Positions 12,335-24,780 of a stretch of DNA of 64,000 bases are shown here, piece by piece. Numbering within the stretch: position 1 is the stretch's first letter; every line of letters begins with the position of its first letter. The notes below the pieces were generated by a model. That model was not told where the DNA came from. It saw only the letters and a list, made by a program, of their open reading frames with translations, and did no database searches. The position numbers were made by a program, and so were the translations under genes. Source of the DNA: Auanema rhodensis (Eukaryota > Animalia > Nematoda); assembly GCA_964057225.1 (NCBI GenBank), contig OZ059894.1, forward strand, positions 11,408,001 to 11,472,000. The letters are read 5' to 3'.

Positions 12335-12453
12335 AGCTTACGACACCCGGGATTCCCAAGCCGTCTCCGATCCAAGTACTAACCGGGCCCAACGTTGCTT
12401 GACTTGCCAGATCGGACGGGATGGCGTACTTTCAACGTGGTATGGTCGTAAGC
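12335..12453 (-). rRNA. 5S rRNA: 5S rRNA
   Basis: Array copy. Confidence 0.96.
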
Positions 12454-12694
12454 AATGTTATATTCTTCATTATCAGTTATATCACTCTAAATCTTGTTGT
12501 TAATAGTTAGGACCACAAAGAAAACAACAGGAACAGTAACAAATGAAATGCCCAAACTTTACAGTGTTCGAGTTATTTACAGTATCTAAGACTACCTCTG
12601 TCGTGTTATTAGAGCAAACATTCGATTAACAACAACTTTTTTTTAGTTATCAAAGCTTTTTTATTTCTTCAAAAAATTTCAAATAAAATATAAA

Positions 12695-12813
12695 AGCTTA
12701 CGACACCCGGGATTCCCAAGCCGTCTCCGATCCAAGTACTAACCGGGCCCAACGTTGCTTGACTTGCCAGATCGGACGGGATGGCGTACTTTCAACGTGG
12801 TATGGTCGTAAGC
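12695..12813 (-). rRNA. 5S rRNA: 5S rRNA
   Basis: Array copy. Confidence 0.96.
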
Positions 12814-12955
12814 AATGTCATATTCTTCATTATCAGTTATATCACTCTAAATCTTGTTGTTAATAGATACGACCACAAAGAAAACAACAGGAACAGTAAC
12901 AATAACAAAAAAAATTTTTTTTTCACCTATGTGTCTAAAGGTTAGCCATGTATCC

Positions 12956-13007
<52 letters not shown>

Positions 13008-14187
13008 ACAGTAAAAAGTCCAATCAAGAGAGAAATTTTTTCAACACATAGTTGTTTTTTTTTTAAATATCATTGTTTTTCCTCATAACTCGGTTTAAAC
13101 TCGTTCTAACCCGTTGAAATACGTCTAGAAAGTCTTTATAACATGCATATGTATGATAGAACTTCATATTTATTGTAATAGAAAATTTTATTTTCAGACG
13201 TCTTGGTTAACAATGATATGTTTTACCCCCTTATAATTTTTATCATAATGTTCCTTATACGGAACGCTCAATGAAACTTGCTTCCAGAAAAATTTCTTTC
13301 TATTTTTTCTTCATATGTACGTAGATACTATAGAGAACTATGATAGAAAACTTTAACATTCACGAAATCATCATTTCTCATTACGCTACGGAGGTTTAAA
13401 AAGCTGTGTTTTACCTTATAATAGACCGGAAAACCCTTGTGTTAAAACTGGACCGTTTTTACACATATAAAAATGTCCCGTATTCGGGACCCTAATGTAA
13501 CTTTTGATTCCCTATATTTTTTTTCATGAAATTTACAATCTACTGTAGAAAGAAGAATTATTTTTATAAAAACTGTAAATTTTTGAAAAATGAAAACAAA
13601 ACGAAAACAAAAACAACTTTTTTTTGAACATTTTCTCACACAAGGGTCCCCCCTTACCTACTTTTTTTCTCATTACTCGTTTCAACCTCATCCGATCACT
13701 CTGCAAACATGTTTAATCGTTCTAACTTGTTGAAATACGTCTTAAAAGTCTAAACAACATGCATATGCATAATAGAAACCACCCGAATAGGCCCCCACGC
13801 ACTAAACGAGATATATACATTACCAGTATAGTAATAGAACACATATTGAAGATTAATTCGATAAGAACAATTTATTGACGTAGAGAATGTTTGTTCCGAA
13901 AAACTACAATATTAAACTATAAAAGTAACAAAAGCGTAGAGGCAGCAAAGACATGAATAAACATAAATGTAAATACAGAATTACCAGGTAGTACATAAGT
14001 ATGACAAAAAATTATAAGAAAGCCATGAAAATAGAAGGTTTGTGAACAAATGAGAGGTACATCTTTGATCGTATAGTCATTTCTAAACCGTTCGTATGCT
14101 GCAGCATCGTCATAAGCGTCACTCAAGTTGAATTTCCATGTGTACTACACGATTTTCATTCTTATTGTTACATTCTTTCCCTGAGGG

Positions 14188-14373
14188 AATGGGCCGTTTC
14201 CGCCAGCAGTGCAAGAGCGGGTCGACCCGTGAGGTGGAGCTAGCAAGCCAGCATCTACCTCAAGTCTCAAAAATCGGTTAACCTTATTGTGAACCAATGG
14301 AACACATATCGAAGGTTAATTCGATAAGAACGATTACTACACTTTGATCTTAGCCAAAAGGCCGAGAAGCGAT
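14188..14373 (-). ncRNA. U2: U2 snRNA (G175A variant)
   Basis: Array copy; C>T at 14199 on the + strand. Confidence 0.95.
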
Positions 14374-14815
14374 ACAGCATAGCCATGAGTATCAAAGACA
14401 TCAAGCAAATGTATCGTACTTGTTACGAGTGCACTCTCTCATTTGAATATAAAAGTGTGGTTTGACAATCTTGACTGTACAGGTCATAAATGGCTCATAT
14501 AAACTGTGGATTTACTCAACTTTTGGACTTATTTTTTTCTTATTCGAAGCGCTGCACTTTTTTCTATTCTTTTTATTCAAATACTTGTATATAGTTTTAT
14601 ATGTACGGTTGCAAAGTTTCCGAATATTTTATATATTTTTATACAATAATTAGGAGAAGGTTAATACAATGAAATCTCCCAACTTTACAGTGTTTGTATT
14701 GCTTACAGTATCTAGAACAACCACTCTTGTAATATTAGAGCACATATCAATCAACAACTTTTTCTAGTTATCAAAGCTTTTTTATTTCTTCAAGATATTT
14801 CAAATAAAATATAAA

Positions 14816-14934
14816 AGCTTACGACACCCGGGATTCCCAAGCCGTCTCCGATCCAAGTACTAACCGGGCCCAACGTTGCTTGACTTGCCAGATCGGACGG
14901 GATGGCGTACTTTCAACGTGGTATGGTCGTAAGC
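14816..14934 (-). rRNA. 5S rRNA: 5S rRNA
   Basis: Array copy. Confidence 0.96.
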
Positions 14935-15175
14935 AATGTTATATTCTTCATTATCAGTTATATCACTCTAAATCTTGTTGTTAATAGTTAGGACCACAAA
15001 GAAAACAACAGGAACAGTAACAAATGAAATGCCCAAACTTTACAGTGTTCGAGTTATTTACAGTATCTAAGACTACCTCTGTCGTGTTATTAGAGCAAAC
15101 ATTCGATTAACAACAACTTTTTTTTAGTTATCAAAGCTTTTTTATTTCTTCAAAAAATTTCAAATAAAATATAAA

Positions 15176-15294
15176 AGCTTACGACACCCGGGATTCCCAA
15201 GCCGTCTCCGATCCAAGTACTAACCGGGCCCAACGTTGCTTGACTTGCCAGATCGGACGGGATGGCGTACTTTCAACGTGGTATGGTCGTAAGC
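15176..15294 (-). rRNA. 5S rRNA: 5S rRNA
   Basis: Array copy. Confidence 0.96.
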
Positions 15295-15436
15295 AATGTC
15301 ATATTCTTCATTATCAGTTATATCACTCTAAATCTTGTTGTTAATAGATACGACCACAAAGAAAACAACAGGAACAGTAACAATAACAAAAAAAATTTTT
15401 TTTTCACCTATGTGTCTAAAGGTTAGCCATGTATCC

Positions 15437-15490
<54 letters not shown>

Positions 15491-16670
15491 ACAGTAAAAA
15501 GTCCAATCAAGAGAGAAATTTTTTCAACACATAGTTGTTTTTTTTTTAAATATCATTGTTTTTCCTCATAACTCGGTTTAAACTCGTTCTAACCCGTTGA
15601 AATACGTCTAGAAAGTCTTTATAACATGCATATGTATGATAGAACTTCATATTTATTGTAATAGAAAATTTTATTTTCAGACGTCTTGGTTAACAATGAT
15701 ATGTTTTACCCCCTTATAATTTTTATCATAATGTTCCTTATACGGAACGCTCAATGAAACTTGCTTCCAGAAAAATTTCTTTCTATTTTTTCTTCATATG
15801 TACGTAGATACTATAGAGAACTATGATAGAAAACTTTAACATTCACGAAATCATCATTTCTCATTACGCTACGGAGGTTTAAAAAGCTGTGTTTTACCTT
15901 ATAATAGACCGGAAAACCCTTGTGTTAAAACTGGACCGTTTTTACACATATAAAAATGTCCCGTATTCGGGACCCTAATGTAACTTTTGATTCCCTATAT
16001 TTTTTTTCATGAAATTTACAATCTACTGTAGAAAGAAGAATTATTTTTATAAAAACTGTAAATTTTTGAAAAATGAAAACAAAACGAAAACAAAAACAAC
16101 TTTTTTTTGAACATTTTCTCACACAAGGGTCCCCCCTTACCTACTTTTTTTCTCATTACTCGTTTCAACCTCATCCGATCACTCTGCAAACATGTTTAAT
16201 CGTTCTAACTTGTTGAAATACGTCTTAAAAGTCTAAACAACATGCATATGCATAATAGAAACCACCCGAATAGGCCCCCACGCACTAAACGAGATATATA
16301 CATTACCAGTATAGTAATAGAACACATATTGAAGATTAATTCGATAAGAACAATTTATTGACGTAGAGAATGTTTGTTCCGAAAAACTACAATATTAAAC
16401 TATAAAAGTAACAAAAGCGTAGAGGCAGCAAAGACATGAATAAACATAAATGTAAATACAGAATTACCAGGTAGTACATAAGTATGACAAAAAATTATAA
16501 GAAAGCCATGAAAATAGAAGGTTTGTGAACAAATGAGAGGTACATCTTTGATCGTATAGTCATTTCTAAACCGTTCGTATGCTGCAGCATCGTCATAAGC
16601 GTCACTCAAGTTGAATTTCCATGTGTACTACACGATTTTCATTCTTATTGTTACATTCTTTCCCTGAGGG

Positions 16671-16819
16671 AATGGGCCGTTCCCGCCAGCAGTGCAAGAG
16701 CGGGTCGACCCGTGAGGTGGAGCTAGCAAGCCAGCATCTACCTCAAGTCTCAAAAATCGGTTAACCTTATTGTGAACCAATGGAACACATATCGAAGGTT
16801 AATTCGATAAGAACGATTA
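16671..16819 (-). pseudogene. U2: U2 snRNA nt 38-186, 3' part of interrupted gene
   Basis: U2 match ends at ...GAACGATTA, then element 3' end ATGGTTTATTG. Confidence 0.93.
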
Positions 16820-18648
16820 ATGGTTTATTGAATAACTAATGTTATGATACAATAAATAACCAATAAAAAAGAGCCCAGAATCGGGGAGACGGTATTACCA
16901 GTACAACTTAAAACAGCAAGTAATTAAAAAGTACATAATAAGACACATTGCCAACAGAGGCTAAAACGACTCAAGAGTCGGGGGAGTGGGTTAAAAAAAA
17001 TGAACAAAAAAATGAATATTAAAGCAGAACAATGAGAAATCAAGTGCCGCTATGATCAAACAATTTGAGTGCCTACGGCAATGATGTTAAAAATAAACAA
17101 CAAAATACATGTACCAATGAAGGTCAGAAAGAAAGAAACAAAAGACAAAAATAAGTAATACAAAAAGTAAATACATTACAATCAAATCACAAACAAGTCA
17201 ATTGATAATTTCTTCTTCATATTGCCTTACACCAGAAACATGTTCCACGTAGATATTCCTGGCCCACTTGATGGTATCGGCGACGACGAGCTTCTCCATT
17301 AGCCGGTTGTAGTGGCTGCTGATCTTGAGTGATCGGAGGGCTTGTCCGTTGAGCGGGTCCATAGTTCCAAGCATTCCTACGACATATGCTTCTACACTAG
17401 TCTTATAACCAAGACATTGGTATTGGCTGGCTATGTCAGCATATTTCCTCTCCTTTATCATACGCGCGGCTATCATGGCTTGACGGCGGTTTTCATAGCT
17501 CACTGTAACATCAACGATACTACAGTGTTTTGCGTCATGATCGACCACTACTATGTCAGGTCGGAGTGTACTATTAATGCCAGGAAGAGGCTGGTTAGTG
17601 TAAACTTCTCCGTTTTTAGGCTCTGGCAGGGCTTTGATAAGACGGTCCACGATGTTGTTGTGGCGGAGTTGGATTGCTCTCGTGTGAGAGTGGCAGTGTC
17701 CAAGAACATGTGCAGCAGTTTCGTTGGAGTAACTACACCTGCGGCACTGTTTGTTTCCTTCTCCGTGTCTTCTACAGCCATTGAGCTGGAGAGTATTGAG
17801 TCGAGCCTTGTGGATGAATCGCCAATCAGCAAACCGTATGAAATCTCCCTTCGCCATAAAGTGATTGGACGCTTTGTTGAGCATTGTGACATCAAAGACT
17901 TTCCCTTGATCCGGTTTTTGAAGAAGGATCCGAAGGTCTTTCAGCCATAATGCACGTCGCAGGCTTCTGTGGCATAGTGAAGGTGTTAACAGTTGGTTGT
18001 TTAGATTGAGTTCTAAACCACTTTCGAGGCATGTCCAGTTAGCGTTGATGAGTTTCTTGAGTTGACGCATCGCTACTCTTACTCTAGTCCAGATGGAGGA
18101 AACATCAGATGTTTCGGTGTCGAAAATGCCATCAACGGAACCGTTGTAATATGCAGCTGTCTCATCGTTACTGGCTTGACGTTTAATCCTTTTTGATGCT
18201 ACTTTTTTTTGAGTCTTGATGCGCAATATCAGCTACTACAAGATCAGATGACTTCAAAAGTTGGTAGGCATGAGTGACTTCACAGACGTCTGACAGGTGT
18301 TGGAGTCGAGAGAGACCAAGTCCGCCGTAGTTAGTTGGCAGGTAGATTGGTTCAGCACTGGCGTTTGGAGGATAGTGCATCCATCTACGGGCACAGCGTT
18401 TGAGTTCTTTGTCAAAGGCGACTAGTTTACTCTTTGGGACGTGGCCATTCGTCATATGAAAATTAAGGCAGGGCATCAGGAAGGTGCGTACTGCGTCACC
18501 ATTGTGGTCTGAGTAGGATCGCGGAATAGGAGCGCAGATTGAACAAGAAAAAGGGCTCTGAAGAGGCACCTTTAGCTTGTAAAGCCCTTGCTCCATCTCT
18601 AGCAGATCTAAAGACTTACGTAGTACAGTTGCAATATCGATTTAGCCA
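16820..18648 (-). mobile_element. Utopia-like U2-targeting RLE non-LTR retrotransposon, copy 1 (1881-bp internal deletion)
   Basis: Both ends identical to full-length copies; deletion junction ...GCGTCA|CCATTG at 18498. Confidence 0.93.
17198..18596 (-). pseudogene. Deleted retrotransposon ORF: partial ZnF fused to post-RT linker, CCHC and RLE; +1 frameshift in T-run at ~18203-18210
   Basis: ORFs 18183-18596 (SDHNG|DAVRTF) and 17198-18226. Confidence 0.88.
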
Positions 18649-18744
18649 TTAACCTTATTGTGAACCAATGGAACACATATCGAAGGTTAATTCGATAAGA
18701 ACGATTACTACACTTTGATCTTAGCCAAAAGGCCGAGAAGCGAT
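18649..18744 (-). pseudogene. U2: U2 snRNA nt 1-96 fused to element 5' end
   Basis: ATCGC...AATAAGGTTAA then TGGCTAAATCG (element). Confidence 0.93.
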
Positions 18745-19186
18745 ACAGCATAGCCATGAGTATCAAAGACATCAAGCAAATGTATCGTACTTGTTACGAG
18801 TGCACTCTCTCATTTGAATATAAAAGTGTGGTTTGACAATCTTGACTGTACAGGTCATAAATGGCTCATATAAACTGTGGATTTACTCAACTTTTGGACT
18901 TATTTTTTTCTTATTCGAAGCGCTGCACTTTTTTCTATTCTTTTTATTCAAATACTTGTATATAGTTTTATATGTACGGTTGCAAAGTTTCCGAATATTT
19001 TATATATTTTTATACAATAATTAGGAGAAGGTTAATACAATGAAATCTCCCAACTTTACAGTGTTTGTATTGCTTACAGTATCTAGAACAACCACTCTTG
19101 TAATATTAGAGCACATATCAATCAACAACTTTTTCTAGTTATCAAAGCTTTTTTATTTCTTCAAGATATTTCAAATAAAATATAAA

Positions 19187-19305
19187 AGCTTACGACACCC
19201 GGGATTCCCAAGCCGTCTCCGATCCAAGTACTAACCGGGCCCAACGTTGCTTGACTTGCCAGATCGGACGGGATGGCGTACTTTCAACGTGGTATGGTCG
19301 TAAGC
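19187..19305 (-). rRNA. 5S rRNA: 5S rRNA
   Basis: Array copy. Confidence 0.96.
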
Positions 19306-19546
19306 AATGTTATATTCTTCATTATCAGTTATATCACTCTAAATCTTGTTGTTAATAGTTAGGACCACAAAGAAAACAACAGGATCAGTAACAAATGAAA
19401 TGCCCAAACTTTACAGTGTTCGAGTTATTTACAGTATCTAAGACTACCTCTGTCGTGTTATTAGAGCAAACATTCGATTAACAACAACTTTTTTTTAGTT
19501 ATCAAAGCTTTTTTATTTCTTCAAAAAATTTCAAATAAAATATAAA

Positions 19547-19665
19547 AGCTTACGACACCCGGGATTCCCAAGCCGTCTCCGATCCAAGTACTAACCGGGC
19601 CCAACGTTGCTTGACTTGCCAGATCGGACGGGATGGCGTACTTTCAACGTGGTATGGTCGTAAGC
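19547..19665 (-). rRNA. 5S rRNA: 5S rRNA
   Basis: Array copy. Confidence 0.96.
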
Positions 19666-19807
19666 AATGTCATATTCTTCATTATCAGTTATATCACTCT
19701 AAATCTTGTTGTTAATAGATACGACCACAAAGAAAACAACAGGAACAGTAACAATAACAAAAAAAATTTTTTTTTCACCTATGTGTCTAAAGGTTAGCCA
19801 TGTATCC

Positions 19808-19855
<48 letters not shown>

Positions 19856-20257
19856 ACAGTAAAAAGTCCAATCAAGAGAGAAATTTTTTCAACACATAGT
19901 TGTTTTTTTTTTAAATATCATTGTTTTTCCTCATAACTCGGTTTAAACTCGTTCTAACCCGTTGAAATACGTCTAGAAAGTCTTTATAACATGCATATGT
20001 ATGATAGAACTTCATATTTATTGTAATAGAAAATTTTATTTTCAGACGTCTTGGTTAACAATGATATGTTTTACCCCCTTATAATTTTTATCATAATGTT
20101 CCTTATACGGAACGCTCAATGAAACTTGCTTCCAGAAAAATTTCTTTCTATTTTTTCTTCATATGTACGTAGATACTATAGAGAACTATGATAGAAAACT
20201 TTAACATTCACGAAATCATCATTTCTCATTACGCTACGGAGGTTTAAAATCATCATC

Positions 20258-23200
20258 ATCGGGGAGACGGTATTACCAGTACAACTTAAAACAGCAAGTA
20301 ATTAAAAAGTACATAATAAGACACATTGCCAACAGAGGCTAAAACGACTCAAGAGTCGGGGGAGTGGGTTAAAAAAAATGAACAAAAAAATGAATATTAA
20401 AGCAGAACAATGAGAAATCAAGTGCCGCTATGATCAAACAATTTGAGTGCCTACGGCAATGATGTTAAAAATAAACAACAAAATACATGTACCAATGAAG
20501 GTCAGAAAGAAAGAAACAAAAGACAAAAATAAGTAATACAAAAAGTAAATACATTACAATCAAATCACAAACAAGTCAATTGATAATTTCTTCTTCATAT
20601 TGCCTTACACCAGAAACATGTTCCACGTAGATATTCCTGGCCCACTTGATGGTATCGGCGACGACGAGCTTCTCCATTAGCCGGTTGTAGTGGCTGCTGA
20701 TCTTGAGTGATCGGAGGGCTTGTCCGTTGAGCGGGTCCATAGTTCCAAGCATTCCTACGACATATGCTTCTACACTAGTCTTATAACCAAGACATTGGTA
20801 TTGGCTGGCTATGTCAGCATATTTCCTCTCCTTTATCATACGCGCGGCTATCATGGCTTGACGGCGGTTTTCATAGCTCACTGTAACATCAACGATACTA
20901 CAGTGTTTTGCGTCATGATCGACCACTACTATGTCAGGTCGGAGTGTACTATTAATGCCAGGAAGAGGCTGGTTAGTGTAAACTTCTCCGTTTTTAGGCT
21001 CTGGCAGGGCTTTGATAAGACGGTCCACGATGTTGTTGTGGCGGAGTTGGATTGCTCTCGTGTGAGAGTGGCAGTGTCCAAGAACATGTGCAGCAGTTTC
21101 GTTGGAGTAACTACACCTGCGGCACTGTTTGTTTCCTTCTCCGTGTCTTCTACAGCCATTGAGCTGGAGAGTATTGAGTCGAGCCTTGTGGATGAATCGC
21201 CAATCAGCAAACCGTATGAAATCTCCCTTCGCCATAAAGTGATTGGACGCTTTGTTGAGCATTGTGACATCAAAGACTTTCCCTTGATCCGGTTTTTGAA
21301 GAAGGATCCGAAGGTCTTTCAGCCATAATGCACGTCGCAGGCTTCTGTGGCATAGTGAAGGTGTTAACAGTTGGTTGTTTAGATTGAGTTCTAAACCACT
21401 TTCGAGGCATGTCCAGTTAGCGTTGATGAGTTTCTTGAGTTGACGCATCGCTACTCTTACTCTAGTCCAGATGGAGGAAACATCAGATGTTTCGGTGTCG
21501 AAAATGCCATCAACGGAACCGTTGTAATATGCAGCTGTCTCATCGTTACTGGCTTGACGTTTAATCCTTTTTGATGCTACTTTTTTTGAGTCTTGATGCG
21601 CAATATCAGCTACTACAAGATCAGATGACTTCAAAAGTTGGTAGGCATGAGTGACTTCACAGACGTCTGACAGGTGTTGGAGTCGAGAGAGACCAAGTCC
21701 GCCGTAGTTAGTTGGCAGGTAGATTGGTTCAGCACTGGCGTTTGGAGGATAGTGCATCCATCTACGGGCACAGCGTTTGAGTTCTTTGTCAAAGGCGACT
21801 AGTTTACTCTTTGGGACGTGGCCATTCGTCATATGAAAATTAAGGCAGGGCATCAGGAAGGTGCGTACTGCGTCAGCTTTCTGCCATTCAGCAAGTAAGG
21901 ATTTGTCAATTTTTTCCAAGTGTTGACTCATAATATTCACTGTTGGAACCGCAGACTTATGTAAATGCATTCCAGTAGGGATTCCCAGGTGGGAGTAGCT
22001 GTCGAATTTGCTGAGAGCGGGTAGAGAGGAGCTCTGTAGCATGTATGAGGCTGTTGATATTTTCCCTTTGTCGATCGTCAAGGTGGCGCATTTCGCTGGT
22101 TTGAAGGTCAAGCCTGTGAAATTAGCCGCATTTGATGCTGCGTCCAACATTTTCTGTAGATCTTCTGATGATGAGGAGACCAGGGCAAGGTCATCGGCGT
22201 ACGCTAGCACAGCGATGTTGTGGTTGTGTAGCTTATAGCCAGTAGAGGATTCCAAGATGGTTTTAATTAGAGGTTCAATGGCAAGGTTGAACAGGATCGG
22301 AGATAGTGGGGATCCTTGTAACACACCTGCATGAACTGGAATGGTCGATGTGAGTCCGGAGCCTGTCTGGATTCTTGTAGAGGCATCTGTGTATAGAGCT
22401 CGTACTCGGGATATTGAGGCTTCAGCCACTCCTGACCATCTTAGAACGTCTAGCAGAGTTTCGTGTGGCAGCGATCCAAAAGCGTTTGCGAGATCAAGCC
22501 AAGCAATTGCAATTTTCTCACGTTTACGTTTAGCGTCCGCAATGGTACTTTGCAACATAAAGTTGTGTTCCATGCATCCAGCTTTGGCCACAAAGCCCTT
22601 TTGGGAGGGAGAAAGTCTTTTTTCTGCTCTTGCCCATGTTAGCAGTCGATGCGTAAGACAAGCTGAGTACGTCTTACCAATTGTGCACGAAAGTGCTATT
22701 GGTCGCCAGTTGTTAATGTCAGCTTTATCACCTTTCTTATGGATGAGGACGGTGGTCGACTCTTTCCAGGAAAAAGGGATGTGTCCTAGCTTGTGTACGG
22801 TGTTAAATATCGCTGCTAATATGTGACCTCCTTGGTCAAATTTCTTCCAGTGCGAGTATCGAAGTCCATCAGCTCCTGGAGCCGTATCGCTGCAACGTCG
22901 TATGCGTTCCCAGACTTCCAAAGGGGTGAAAACACCTTCTAATGGGTCGGTACTAGCTGGCAAATCCGGTCTGGTGACTGTGATGGGGAGGGCTGGGCCT
23001 TGACTGCTGTGAACAGAAAGGAAATGTTTTTCAACCTCTGCAGATGGTATGGTGCAGGTTTCACTTTGTTCTCCGAGCAGTTGTCGAAAGGCTTTCTTCT
23101 TGTTGGCCCTCCAGAGCTTCTGGAGCTTCATCGCCTGGGTTTTTTGGTCTTCCTCAGGTTGTGTGTGTGGTCGGCGCCTTTGTCGGAAGTTGGGAACTTT

Positions 23201-23907
23201 GATCATAATGTCAAGAGACTTTCTGATTGCGTCTACCAACTCTTCCAGGACCTGCTCGAGCTCACTTTTGCACACAACCTTTTTAATTCTATCCACCCAA
23301 GTATTTTCAGAGTTTCTATTCGGATCAGGGTCGGCAAAAAATGGTTCTGTACTCGAAACCCTGATCTCGTTGAATATTTCACTCTCTCGCGGAAGGGGGG
23401 AAACTTCGGCCTCTGGGGACAAGTCCAGAATTGGGGCCTCAAACAAGCGTACCGTTGATGGAGATCCTTGTTCCTGTCCACTGGATGATGTTTCCTCCAT
23501 TGTACGCTCCTCCACGGGCGGGGTGGTCGTCCTTGTGCCTGGTGGCCGGGTGTTCCTGATCCTCCGCAATATAGGGCGGGAACTGGGCTCTCTCGGAGAT
23601 AGAGGTGAGATCACCACAGTTTCCTCTATGATGCGGAGGCATCCTTCAGCTTTTTTTCTGATGGCTTTTAACGGCCTTCAGATTGCTGGTGAGGCCACAG
23701 GCACGGCACTCAAATTCTACTCCGACCTCATGTTCTCTCCGAAGATGGCGGACGAGACCATTGTGGTCTGAGTAGGATCGCGGAATAGGAGCGCAGATTG
23801 AACAAGAAAAAGGGCTCTGAAGAGGCACCTTTAGCTTGTAAAGCCCTTGCTCCATCTCTAGCAGATCTAAAGACTTACGTAGTACAGTTGCAATATCGAT
23901 TTAGCCA
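20258..23907 (-). mobile_element. Utopia-like retrotransposon, copy 2 (last 60 bp lost with flanking U2 3' part and spacer)
   Basis: Spacer ...GGTTTAAAA joined via TCATCATC to ATCGGGGAGAC inside the 3' UTR. Confidence 0.93.
20576..23855 (-). pseudogene. ZnF-RT-RLE polyprotein with +1 frameshift in T-run at ~23651-23657
   Basis: ORFs 23646-23855 and 20576-23617; run is 7 T versus 6 T in intact copies (may be a homopolymer error). Confidence 0.85.
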
Positions 23908-24003
23908 TTAACCTTATTGTGAACCAATGGAACACATATCGAAGGTTAATTCGATAAGAACGATTACTACACTTTGATCTTAGCCAAAAGGCCGAGAAGC
24001 GAT
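23908..24003 (-). pseudogene. U2: U2 snRNA nt 1-96 fused to element 5' end
   Basis: Same junction as 18649. Confidence 0.93.
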
Positions 24004-24445
24004 ACAGCATAGCCATGAGTATCAAAGACATCAAGCAAATGTATCGTACTTGTTACGAGTGCACTCTCTCATTTGAATATAAAAGTGTGGTTTGACAATC
24101 TTGACTGTACAGGTCATAAATGGCTCATATAAACTGTGGATTTACTCAACTTTTGGACTTATTTTTTTCTTATTCGAAGCGCTGCACTTTTTTCTATTCT
24201 TTTTATTCAAATACTTGTATATAGTTTTATATGTACGGTTGCAAAGTTTCCGAATATTTTATATATTTTTATACAATAATTAGGAGAAGGTTAATACAAT
24301 GAAATCTCCCAACTTTACAGTGTTTGTATTGCTTACAGTATCTAGAACAACCACTCTTGTAATATTAGAGCACATATCAATCAACAACTTTTTCTAGTTA
24401 TCAAAGCTTTTTTATTTCTTCAAGATATTTCAAATAAAATATAAA

Positions 24446-24564
24446 AGCTTACGACACCCGGGATTCCCAAGCCGTCTCCGATCCAAGTACTAACCGGGCC
24501 CAACGTTGCTTGACTTGCCAGATCGGACGGGATGGCGTACTTTCAACGTGGTATGGTCGTAAGC
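24446..24564 (-). rRNA. 5S rRNA: 5S rRNA (only copy in this unit)
   Basis: First-copy left flank joined to second-copy right flank. Confidence 0.96.
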
Positions 24565-24706
24565 AATGTCATATTCTTCATTATCAGTTATATCACTCTA
24601 AATCTTGTTGTTAATAGATACGACCACAAAGAAAACAACAGGAACAGTAACAATAACAAAAAAAATTTTTTTTTCACCTATGTGTCTAAAGGTTAGCCAT
24701 GTATCC

Positions 24707-24780
<74 letters not shown>

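Noticed and set aside
16761-18707. Reading the 59-bp flanking direct repeats as LTRs
   Set aside because: They are U2 nt 38-96; the protein is non-LTR RT plus RLE with no gag, protease or integrase
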